Assembly: GCA_028826165.1 (NCBI GenBank)
Contig: JAPDFW010000022.1
Coordinates: forward strand, 504,758-568,757
Length of the DNA stretch: 64,000 nt
Direction: 5' to 3'
Source of the DNA: Anaeramoeba ignava BMAN
Taxonomy: Eukaryota; Protista; Anaeramoebae
The notes below the pieces were generated by a model. That model was not told where the DNA came from. It did not search any database and was given only the letters and a program-made list of their open reading frames with translations. The translations under genes and the position numbers were made by a program. Of this stretch, positions 23,843 to 35,281 are shown piece by piece; the first letter of the stretch is position 1; each line of letters starts with the position of its first letter.

Positions 23843-26800
23843 TTAATCCAAATGTTTTGATTCAATTGATGAACCTTGTTTAACTTCAATTGATTTAACT
23901 AAAGAAAGCATATCTTTCCAAAATTCAGTAACTTTCTCTTGAATTTGAATTTGAGAATTGACATATCTTTGGAAAGCAATTTTAAAATCCTGACACAAAG
24001 AGTATCTAAAATGTTCCATTTCGGCAAGAATAGCAAGTTCGAATTTAGAATCAAGATTTGTTATTTTTTCAAGTTTTTCACTTTCCGTTGTGATTTTTTG
24101 AAAATTATGCGAGGAACTTGTTTGTAATTTTTGATATGTTTGTTGAACCAAATCTTTTTGTGCTTTAATTTTGATTTTTCTTTTCCAAATTTCTTCAAAA
24201 GAAGAAATCAATACTGAATATTCATTTAAAAAATCAGAAAGTAAATCATTTGGAATTTTTGGATTTGTTTCGTAAAGACGAAAGTTTTTATAAAGTGTTG
24301 ATGATAATCCAACAAGTGAACTTGCAATTGCTGTTATTGTATCAATAGAATTTTTATCTAAAGTTTCTTTTTGTCTCCAATCAAATTGAAATCTACTTAA
24401 TTCTGTTACTTTATTTCCTAGATCTGAAAACACTGTTGATAATTCTAATAATTTTTGAATAATTTTTTGAATTTAAATAATTCCTTTCAATTTTAAATTA
24501 AATTCAATTAAATTCAATTAAATTAAATTAAATTAAATTCAACTTTAAATTAAATTAAATTAAATTCAATTTTAAATTAAATTAAATTCAATTTTAAATT
24601 AAATTAAATTCAATTAAATTAAATTAAATTCAATTTTAAATTAAATTAAATTCAACTTTAAATTAAATTAAATTCAACTTTAAATTAAATAAATAATTCC
24701 TTTCAATTTTATTTTAAATAATTTCTTTCAAATAAAATAATAACAACCTTTATATTTAACGCTTTGTGAATTAAATCCCAATCTTAATTGACTAAATTGA
24801 TTTTCAAGAGTTTGTAAAAATATTGAAAATTTTTCAATTGATATTTTTTGAGTTGTATTTGTGCTTTTCATATTTGTTTCATATTCATTTTCAAATCCAA
24901 ATTCTGCTAGATTAGTTTCTTTGATTTCATTTTCTAATCCAATAAATTCTTTATAAAGTGAACTTGTTCCCAAAATTGGATGTCGAGAAATTCTATCAAG
25001 AAATTGTGATAAGAAAGTTTCAGGAGAAGCTTTTTAAACAAATATTTAAATTTTAATTTTAATTTTAATTTTAATTATAATATTAATTATAATTTTAATT
25101 TTAATTTTAATTTTAATTTTAATTTTAATTATAATTATAATTTTAAGTTTAATTTTAATTTTAATTTTAAATTTTGATTTTAATTTTAATTTTAAATTTT
25201 AATTTTAATTTTAATTATAATTTTAATTTTAATTATAATTTTAATTTTAAATTTTATTTGTACTGATTTTTTTTGCTGGAAGGATTTGTGGAATTGCACA
25301 ACTTTTATATTGATCTGCTAATTGATCTCTAAATTCACGAAATTGAATAAAACTTTTTTCAACTGAAAGAGTTTGAGTCTAAATATTTATTTTTATTAAA
25401 AAGAATATAATATTATTTTTCAATTTAATATAATTTTTCAATATAATTTTTTAATTACATTTGAAACTATTAAAAATTTAGTTTTTTCCGATTTTCCTGA
25501 TTTCATATTTTTGTTATTTGGTGATAACGAAATTGTAAATGTAAAAGGAGTAATTTTCTCTCTTAAATTCCATACAAATTTATCCTTTTTTTTTTGAAAA
25601 TTTAATTTTAATTTTAATTTTGATTTTAATTTTGATTTTAATTTTGATTTTAATTTTAATTTTAATTTTAATTTTGATTTTAATTTTAATTTTGAATTTG
25701 ATTTTGATTTTAATTTTAATTTTGAATTTGATTTTAATTTTGAATTTGATTTTAAATTTAATTTTAATTTTATAAATGAATTTTAATTATAATTTAAATT
25801 TAATTTTATAAATGAATTTTAATTTTAATTTAATTTTAATTTTAATTTTAATTTTGATTTTGATTTTAATTTTAATTTTGATTTTAATTTTAATTTTGAT
25901 TTTGATTTTGATTTTGATTTTAATTTTAATTATAATTTTAAATTTAATTTTAATTTTAATTTTAATTTTAATTTAATTTTATAAATGAATTTTAATTTTG
26001 ATTTTGATTTTAATTTTAATTTTATAAATGAATTTTAATTATAATTTAATTTTATAAATGAATTTTAATTATAATTTTAAATTTAAATTAATATACATCC
26101 AAAAAATATCTTGGAGGTTCAGTTTCAGTTTGAATTTGTTGAATTTGTTGATTTTTTTGAGGTTCCATAACTTTAGTTAAATCTTCACCAACAAATTTAG
26201 GTTTTGGAGGAGTAATTTTAACTTCTTGAGATTGAATTTCTTTATTTTCACCTTGAACAGGAATTCTTGGTTTAGGGCCTGTTGGAATTGGAGGCTTTGG
26301 TTTACGACTTTTGGGTGGAATCGGTGGTTTTGCTTTATCATTAAGTGTTGGTTTTGGTCCTGTTGGTATTGGTGGTTTTAATGGTTGGTTAGGTCTTTGA
26401 AGAGGTGGTGGCTTTGTTTTTGGTTTAGGCGGAAGTTTTAAATGCTTTTTTTCTAATTTAGGTTTATTTTAGTTGTTTTTATTGTTGATTTTTTAATTTG
26501 ATATTTAATATCGATTTTTTAATTTTCTTTTTTTTTTTAATAAATTTTTTATTTAAACCATTTTTTTCTTGTAAATTTGGTAAATTTTTTAATTGAGTTT
26601 CTTCATCAATTTCTTGAGAATCTTGAGAATCTTTTGGTTTTTCATCTTGACTTAATTCAATAGTAATATAACTAATTAAAAAATTTCAATTAAATTAAAT
26701 CAAATTAAAAAATTTCAATTAAATTAAATCAAATTAAAAAATTTCAATTAAATTAAATTAAATCAAATTAAAATTTCAATTAAATTAAATTTTAAATTAA

Positions 26801-26984
26801 AAAATTTTTCAAACTTTTTAGGAATAAGTCCTGGTTGGGTTTTATCTATATATCCAACCCACCAATTGTAATTATCATCAAGAATTGTAATTTTATCGTT
26901 TTTTTTGAATCCTAATTCTCTTTCATCTTGTGGTTCATAATCTGCAATTGCAACAACTTCAAAACTTATTTTTGATTCAAACAT
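23843..26984 (-). CDS. SH3 - proline-rich - PX - BAR sorting nexin (SNX9/18/33-like architecture), 7 exons
   Basis: Exon 1 SH3 (AIADYEPQDERELGFKKND...WWVG...GLIPKNY across the splice). Pro-rich exon approx. 26097-26452. PX (VEKSFIQFREFRDQL...IPQILP...RISRHPIL). Helical BAR-like end (AEMEHFR...DFKIAFQRYVNSQIQIQEKV). Junctions keep frame. Confidence 0.85.
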
Positions 26985-27219
26985 TTTTTTGTTTTAAAAA
27001 AAAATGAAAAATGAAAAAAAATGAAAAAAAAATATTTTTGAAAATTTTTTCTATTTTTATTCCTTTTTATTTGTTTGTTTTAAAAATAGAAAAAAAAAAG
27101 AAGTTATTTTTTTCTTATTCAATCTTTTTTAAAAAAAATTTCTGGAATTCCAAAAAAAAAAGTGGAAGAAGAAAAAAAAAATTTTTTTGCTTTTTTAAAT
27201 TGAATAAAAATTTTTTCTT

Positions 27220-29523
27220 TTAAATTATTTTGAATAGAGTTATTCCTTTTTTTGTAGTTTCAATAAATTCAAGAAATTCATTAAAACGAGTAAGATCGAA
27301 TTTAACTTGATTTTGAGCTCTTTCCTTTTGTAATTTACGAACTCTTGGGATACTTCCTTCAGCAAGATATAAAATAACTAATGAATTTGAAGGACATTTT
27401 GAAATAATTTGTGAATATTGATTATCAAATTTCTTTAAAATATGACTAAGAACTAATTGAACTCTTGGTTGTTCTAAAGATTCAATATGTGTTGAATGAA
27501 AATTTCGGAATTTATGGAATTGAATCCAAATAAATTTTTTTTCATTTTGATTTTCCTTTTTTTCATTTTCATTTTCATTTTCATTTTCATTTTCATTTTC
27601 ATTTTCACTTTCATTTTCATTTTCACTTTCATTTTCATTTTCACTTTCATTTTCATTTTCACTTTCATTTTCATTTTGATTTTGATTTTCATTTTCATTT
27701 TCATTTTCATTTTCATTTTCACTTTCACTTTCACTTTGATTTTCATTTTGATTTTGATTTTCATTTTCATTTTCATTTTCATTTTCATTTTCAATTTCAT
27801 TTTCAATTTCATTATTATTTTCAATCTTAATTTCATTTTGATTTTCATTTTCATTTTCATTTTCTTTTAAGTCAAAAATTTTTTCAAATTCTTGTGGAAT
27901 TAAATCATCACTTTCTACAATAATTTGTTTTGCTTGTGTTCTTAATGAAAATCTTTCTGAACCTGATGATCTATCAATAATAAAAGTTGAATAACCTTTT
28001 GAAATTTTTTCAAAAATTAATTCTTCTTCTTTTGGAAATGGAACAGATTCAGATTGAGTTTGATTTCCTGAAACAATTCCAAATTGTGATCCATGAATAA
28101 GTTTTAATTGCAAAAGTTTTAAAGCTGAAACAGCATCAACATAACTGTCATGACCCAATAAACCATTATTTTGGATTTTTTGATAAAGAAATGTTTCACT
28201 TAAATATCTTAAAGATGGTTTATAATGTCTAACTTTTGGATGACTAAATAAAAGTGATGTATCAATAGAATTTTTATGAATTAATCTTAAACTTTTCAAA
28301 TCATTTTCAAGTGAATGCCCAACAAGATAAGATTCTTTAGGAATTAAGCCAATTATATCTTTTTGGGCTTCTTCAAATGTTTTTTTTGCTTTTTTCATCA
28401 CTTCTTCTGTAATTCCTGAAAATTGAGTTCGATAATCAATAATTGGGTTTTGTGTTAAAATAAATTCATCATATATTTTCTCATAATTTTCGTTAATTAA
28501 CGTTAATCTTGTTAATTCAGAACCAATCTTTGTTCCGCACATTTCGCAATCAATTGCAAAAATTTGAAAAGGTTTTGATTTTATTTTGGTGTGAATTGTT
28601 TGTGAAAATGGAAGTGTTTCAAGAAAATCTGGATTCTTATTTTCATTTGGAAAGTCATTTTGATCTAATTGTTCATTTGTTAATACAAAGAATTTTGGAT
28701 CAAAAATATATTCTTTTTTATTAAGTAATTCTTCAATTTCTTTTTGTTTATTTTGAGTTTCATTTTCTTTTTGATTTTCTTTTTCATTTTGATTTTCTTT
28801 TTCTTTTTCTTTTTCTTTTTCTTTTTCTTTTTCATTTTGATTTTCATTTTGATTTTCATTTTGATTTTCTTTTTCTTTTTCTTTTTCTTTTTCTTTTTCT
28901 TTTTGATTTTGATTTTGATTTTCTTTTTCTTTTTCTTTTTCATTTTCTTTTTGATTTTGATTTTGATTTTCTTTTTCATTTTGATTTTGATTTTCTTTTT
29001 GATTTTGATTTGATTCTGAATTGTTTTTTTTTGTGATATTATCTTTTAATAAAGGAATAATTGAAGGAAAACAAGAAAATTTAGTTCCTGGTGAATTTGT
29101 GAAAATATTTAATCCAGTTTTTAATTCTTGAGTAATTGTTGGAAGTTGTTCTTCAAATTTAGTTAATATATCATAATTTAAACCAGGACAAAATAAAAAT
29201 ATCACATTTGAAATTTGTTTTTTATTTTCGATTTGAATCCATTCAGGTAATTGTAGATTTTCATCACCAAAAAATTTTAGAATTTGATGTAATTGTGATA
29301 CCTTTACTGATTTTAGATTTTTTTTTTGAAGAATAATAGCAGGTTTTATATTTATATTTATATTTGTTTTTGCTTTTTGATTCGTTTTTTGATTTGCTTT
29401 TTGATTTGTTTTTGTTTTTATTGCTTTATTTTTTAATTTGCTTTTTAATTTTGATACATTTTTTTTTGCTTTCAATTTCTTAAACTTTTTTTTTTTATTC
29501 TTTTTTTTTCTTTTTGAACCCAT
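27220..29523 (-). CDS. REX1/REXO-family DEDDh RNA exonuclease with E/N/K low-complexity inserts
   Basis: FAIDCEMC, IIDYRTQFSGIT, LVGHSLENDL, IDTSLLF, KPSLRYLS, GHDSYVDA. Confidence 0.92.
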   Translation of the reverse strand: MGSKRKKKNKKKKFKKLKAKKNVSKLKSKLKNKAIKTKTNQKANQKTNQKAKTNININIKPAIILQKKNLKSVKVSQLHQILKFFGDENLQLPEWIQIENKKQISNVIFLFCPGLNYDILTKFEEQLPTITQELKTGLNIFTNSPGTKFSCFPSIIPLLKDNITKKNNSESNQNQKENQNQNEKENQNQNQKENEKEKEKENQNQNQKEKEKEKEKEKENQNENQNENQNEKEKEKEKEKEKENQNEKENQKENETQNKQKEIEELLNKKEYIFDPKFFVLTNEQLDQNDFPNENKNPDFLETLPFSQTIHTKIKSKPFQIFAIDCEMCGTKIGSELTRLTLINENYEKIYDEFILTQNPIIDYRTQFSGITEEVMKKAKKTFEEAQKDIIGLIPKESYLVGHSLENDLKSLRLIHKNSIDTSLLFSHPKVRHYKPSLRYLSETFLYQKIQNNGLLGHDSYVDAVSALKLLQLKLIHGSQFGIVSGNQTQSESVPFPKEEELIFEKISKGYSTFIIDRSSGSERFSLRTQAKQIIVESDDLIPQEFEKIFDLKENENENENQNEIKIENNNEIENEIENENENENENENQNQNENQSESESENENENENENENQNQNENESENENESENENESENENESENENENENENENENEKKENQNEKKFIWIQFHKFRNFHSTHIESLEQPRVQLVLSHILKKFDNQYSQIISKCPSNSLVILYLAEGSIPRVRKLQKERAQNQVKFDLTRFNEFLEFIETTKKGITLFKII

Positions 29524-29743
29524 TTTTAAAAAAAAAAAATGAAAAAAAAAATGAAAAAAAAATTTGTGTTTTTTTTAAATTATTGTTAATTTTGTTTCTG
29601 GATTTAATTTGTATTTGAGAATATAAAAAAAAATATCTAATAATTTTAAGTTAATGTCAATTTCATTCGTGAAATTAATTTTTATTTTATAAAAAGAAAA
29701 AAAAAATTTGAAAAAAAAAAATGGAAAGAAAAAAAAAAATTAA

Positions 29744-30163
29744 TTAATCACGAAGAAAAAGAGCAACATCAAGATAATCACCAGTTCTAAAACGAAGTTG
29801 TTCAAGTGAAGAATCATCATCAGAAGATGACTTTGACGAGTAAGTACTGCCAATGTCTTTAAAAACAATTTGACCAGTTCGTTTATCTTTAAAAACAAAT
29901 GCAAAAACAAATCGAGTTCCTTGTTTTCTTGCCGGAATACAATTATCTTGAATAATTGACGTTAACTCTTTTAATGTACAATCTTTCCACGAATAAATTT
30001 CTATTTCATCTTGTGGCAATGATTCTTGATAATCTTTTGGAGAATTTCGATCTCCAACTCGAATAAATGTCCGAAGTAAAAATGGTGTAATTGACTTTCT
30101 GTCAACTTGTTGTGTTTTTATGTAAGTGTCACCTCTTCTTCTACGAGGAAAACGATTTGACAT
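29744..30163 (-). CDS. SAP18: Sin3-associated protein SAP18 (ASAP/PSAP complex)
   Basis: VDRKSITPFLLRTF, EIEIYSWKDCTLKELT, DDDSSLEQLRFRTGDYLDVA. First ATG at 30163. Confidence 0.93.
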   Translation of the reverse strand: MSNRFPRRRRGDTYIKTQQVDRKSITPFLLRTFIRVGDRNSPKDYQESLPQDEIEIYSWKDCTLKELTSIIQDNCIPARKQGTRFVFAFVFKDKRTGQIVFKDIGSTYSSKSSSDDDSSLEQLRFRTGDYLDVALFLRD

Positions 30164-30292
30164 TAACAATAAAGATAAAAATAAAGACAAAGGTCAATTA
30201 AAAAAGTAAATGAAAAACGAAAAAAAAGGAAAAAAATGAAAAAATTTTTTTTCATTTTTTTTTTCATTTACTTTTTTTTTTACTTTTTTAAA

Positions 30293-32955
30293 ATGCAAAA
30301 TAATCTAATTGAACAAATTGCAAGTTTGCAAAATAATTCAAAACTTTCTGATATCAAATTTATTGTTAATGAAAAAGCTTTTTATGGACATAAAGTTTTA
30401 TTTGGATTAACAAGTTTAGTTTTATTAGAAAAATTTGAAAAGGAACCAAATTTGAAGCAAATTGATATTGAAAATATAAATGAAATTGAATTTCAAGAAA
30501 TTATGAATTATGTTTATCAAAGAAAAGTAGAAATTAATTTTCGAAACATAAAATCATTACTAAATTTTGCAAAAGTTTATCAAATTGAAGATTTATTATT
30601 GAGTTGTTTAGAATTTCTTGAAAAAAATATTGCAAATCAAAATTGTTTTATAATATTTGATATTTCTATTAAATTTCAACTTGATGATTTAAAAGAAAAA
30701 ACTTCGAAAGTAATTCATGAATCAAAAGATTGTTTCAAACAAGAGCATGTTTTAGATTCATTTGATGATGAAACTCTTGCACAAATTTCTTTAATTAGAA
30801 ATGATTTAACTGAAATTTATTTCTTTAGAAGGATAATTGAATGGGGAAATTACAAAATTGAAAACGAAAATCATGAAAATCAAGAAAATCAACCAAATAT
30901 TGATTTGAAAAATAAAATTGTTCCTTTATTAAATTCTTTAAATTTCTCAAATTTGAGTGAAAGTGATTTACAAGAAATTTGGGATTCTCAAGTTTTTTCT
31001 GGAGAACAATTAGTTCAACTTATACCAGATGGAGTTCATGAAGAATTTAAAAACAAAATTAAGCAAAGTAAATCAAATTCAATTCAATTCAAATTCAAAA
31101 TTCAAAATTCAATTCAAATTAAAATTCAAATTCAAATTCAAATTCAATTCAAAATTCAAATCAAAATTTAAATTCAAATTTAAATTCAAAATTAAAATCA
31201 AAATTCAATTAAAATTCATTTAAAATTCAAATTAAATTAAAATTCAAATTCAAAATCAAATTAAAATTCAATTAAAATTCAAATTAAAATTCAAATTCAA
31301 TTCAAATTCAAAAATTCAAAATCAAATTCAAAATTCAAAATTCAATTCAAATTCAAATTCAAAATCAAATTAAAATTCAAAATTAAAATCAAAATTCAAT
31401 TCAAATTCAATTCAAATTCAAATTCAAATTCAAATTAAATTCAAATTCAAATCAATTTAAATTAAAATTCAATTTAAAATTAAAATTAAAATTAAAATTC
31501 AAATTAAAATTCAAATTCAAATTCAAATTCAAATTAAATTCAAATTAAAATCCAATTCAAAATTAAAATTCAAATTAAATTAAATTAAATTAAATTAAAA
31601 TTAAAATTAAAATTCAATTTAAAATTAAAATTAAAATTCAATTTAAAATTCAAATTCAAATTCAAAATTAAAATCAAAATTAAAATTAAAATTCAAATTC
31701 AAAATTAAAATTAAAATTAAAATTAAAATTCAATTTCAATTTCAAAATTAGCGAATAATTTAACTGGAATTTGGAAAGGAGAAATGAATACACAAAATGG
31801 GAAATTAGGTTTTATTGGTGTTCTTTTCCAAAAAGAAAATCAAATTGATGGAGTAATTCAATTTAATATTGGTGGTCATGCTGGAAAAATAACAGGAACA
31901 ATTAATAATTTAGATCTTGATTTGATATATAAACAAGAAGATCCTCGGATTGGATATTGGGCTGAATTAAAAGGAACAAGAAGTTTTAATGGAAAAGAAA
32001 TTATTGGGAAAGGTGATCATGGAGAAAATGAAAAAAAAAGAAAAAAATCAGTTACTTGGAAAATAACAAGAGATTTTCTTGAAGATATTATTAGTGATGA
32101 AGGTAGAATTTAAAATTAAAATTAAAATTAAAATTAAAATTAAAATTAATATTAAAATTAAAATTAAAATTGAAATTAATATTCAAATCCAAATCAATAT
32201 TAAAATTAAAATTAAAATTAAAAATCAAAATTAAAATCAAAATTAAAATTAAAATTAAAATTAAAATTAAAATTAAAATTAAAATTAAAATTAAAATTAA
32301 AATTAAAATTAAAATTAAAATTAAAATTAAAATTAAAATTAAAATTAAAATTAAAATTAAAATTAAAATTAAAATTAAAATTATAATTAAAATTAAAATC
32401 AAAATTGAAATTAAAATCAAAATTAAAATTAAAATTAAAATTAAAATCAAAATCAAAATTAAAATTAAAATTAAAATTAAAATTAAAATTAAAATTAAAA
32501 TTAAAATTAAAATTAAAATTAAAATTATAATTAAAATTAAAATCAAAATTGAAATTAAAATCAAAATTAAAATTAAAATTAAAATTAAATATTAAAATTA
32601 AAATTAAAACTAATATTAAAATTTTTTAGTTAATTCTATTTCTGGAATTTGGAATGGAACTGTTCAAGGAAAATCAAAGAAAAATTCTTTTTATATTTTT
32701 TTAATTCAATTTGTTGATAAATTAAGAGGAATTGTAGTATTTGAAGATTTTAATTCTGGAATTATTGAAGGAACAATTGAAGAAAATAAATTTGTATTTG
32801 TTTATAAAAATCATGATAAAATTAAAGGTTATTGGGCAAAAATTTTTGCTATAATTGATGAACAAAATTTAATTCTTAATGGACAAGGTCCTCATGGAAA
32901 TCATAACAAAACAAGAAAAGATTTTTTAACTTGGGAAATGAAAAAAGAAAAATGA
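30293..32955 (+). CDS. BTB/BACK protein with two C-terminal exon-encoded beta-rich repeats; exons 30293-31067, 31752-32102, 32630-32955
   Basis: BTB: SDIKFIVNEKAFYGHKVLF...FQEIMNYVY. Exons 2 and 3 are mutually homologous (GIWxG...GYWA...GxGxHG...TW). Phase-1 GT-AG introns filled with AAAATT/AAATTC repeats. Confidence 0.82.
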
Positions 32956-33219
32956 AAAAATGAAAAAATTGAAAAAAATTTCGAAAAGAGAAAACTTTAT
33001 TTGAAAAAGTTTACTCAAAAATCAAAAAATGAAAAAGAAAAAAGAAAAAAGAAAAAGAAAAATGAAAAGAAAAAATGAAAAAGAAAATCAAAAAATGAAA
33101 AAGAAAAAGAAATGAAAAAATTTCAAAGATTTCACCAACAATAAAATCGTTTGATTGAGAAAATCAAGTTTTTCAAATTCTCAACCAAAAAAGTTTAAAT
33201 TATTCAATTCAAAAAAATT

Positions 33220-35105
33220 TTAATTTTTGTTTTCAGATATATCAAATTGAGGATTAGTATTTTCTTGATTTTGTGATTCTTGAGGTATTTGATTTGGATT
33301 AAGATTTTGATTTGGATTAAAATTTTGATTTGGATTAAAATTTTGATTTGGATTAAGATTTTGATTTGGATTAAGATTTTGATTTGGATTAAGATTTTGA
33401 TTTGAATTAAGATTTTGATTTGGATCTTGATTAAAATATTGGGTTGGATCTTGATTAAAATATTGATTTGGATCTTGATTAAAATATTGATTTGGATCTT
33501 GATTAAAATATTGGGTTGAATCTTGATTAAAATATTGATTTGGATTTTGATTAAAATATTGATTTGGATCTTGATGAAAATATTGATTTGGATCTTGATT
33601 AAAATATTGGTCTTGATTGGGATACTGTGAATAAGGAGTGAATTGCTGATTCATTGTATTTTGGAATTGATTTTGTTGAGGAAATGAATTTTGATAATTT
33701 TGAGGATTTATAAAATGAGGATGATTTTGGATATGAATTGGATTTGATTCATTTGCATATGATCGCGATGGTTCTAAGTTATATGAACGGTTGATAAACT
33801 GAGGATTTCTATAGGGAAAATTTGTATTATTTCTTGGAAAATTATGGTCAAAGTTAGAATTAGATGGTTTATTATGTGATTTATCTGAAAATTCTCTTTG
33901 ATAATTTTGATTTTGATAATTTTGATTTTGATTTTGATATTTTTGATTTTGATATTTTTGATTTTGATATTTTTGATTTTGATATTTTTGATTTTGATAT
34001 TTTTGATTTTGATAATTTTGATTTTGATATTTTTGATTTCGATAATTTGATTTTTGTTGTGAATTTCTCGAGTATTTTTGATTTTTATAATTTGATGGAA
34101 ATGATCTACTTTGCATGTTATTTCTATTGTTCATCTTTCTATTTTTGTTGTTTTGAAAATTATTCTGATGATTATAAGTACTTTTTTTTTGATGAAAAGA
34201 TTTATTTTGGAATTGATTTGTTTTTGCAAAATTGTTATTAAAACTTGATAATGCTTCTGTTTGATTTTCATTTAGATTTTGGTTTAAATTTTCATTTTGA
34301 TTTTCATTTAAATTTTCATTTTGATTTTCATTTTGATTTTCATTTTGATTTTCATTTTGATTTTCATTTTGATTTTCATTTTGATTTTCATTTTCATTTA
34401 GATTTGGTTTTTTTTGTGTATCTGTTTTATTTTCTTCTGTTTCTTTTATTGATTCTGTACTTTTTTGTTGTATTTGGTTGATTTTTTTTGAAAAATATCC
34501 TTTTTGTCCTATTTTTGGATGAGTAAATTTAGGTTTTTGTTCTCTAAGTGAATCAACAAATTCAATTTCTTGTGTGATATTTTTTGCTTTTCTTTGGTTT
34601 TTCTTCTTTTTTGTTTTTTTCTTTTTTTTGTTTTGGTTCTATTTTTGAAATTTAAATTTATTTAAAATTATTAATTTATTTTAATTTATTTTATTTTTAT
34701 TTTAAATTTTAAATAAAATACTTTAATTGAAGAATTGCTATCTTTAACTAATTCAACAACAGAATCTAATGATTCAGAATTCTCATTATCAAGATTAACA
34801 GGATTTGATTTTTCAAGATCTGAATTTTTCTTTTGAATTTTCAAACGAGCAAAATGTTCATCAAGAGTAAATAAAGGTTTATTTTCTTCTTCAGTTGTTT
34901 TTTGACTTGAATCTTCTTCATTCTTTTGATTTCTAAAATTTTTCCCTTTTTTGTTTCCTGTTGTTTTTTTTGTTGAGTTTTTCCCTTTTTGACTTTTTTC
35001 TTGATTTGTTGGTTGATTTTTTATTTGTGTCTTTTTTTCTGTTGAAAGTTTCTTTTTTGCTTCTTTTAAAGAACTTGTTTTTGATTTTGGTTGATTTTGT
35101 GACAT
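33220..35105 (-). CDS. Low-complexity K/N/Q-rich protein with C-terminal Q/N/Y oligopeptide repeats; one intron approx. 34639-34721
   Basis: ORF 34686-35105 splices (GTATTT...ATAG) into the frame of ORF 33220-34134 (34638-34134 is a multiple of 3). No recognisable domain. Confidence 0.65.
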
Positions 35106-35281
35106 TTTTTTTTCTAGTTGTTTTTGTTGTGGTTTTTTTTTTTAAAGAAAAGTAAGAGAAAAAGAAAAAAGAAAAATGAAAAAAAAAAATTGAAAAAAAA
35201 TTTTTTTCTTTTTTTAAAAAATTAAAAATAAAAATAAAAATAAAAATAAAATGGAATGTTTTCTAAATCAAAGTTATTTAT

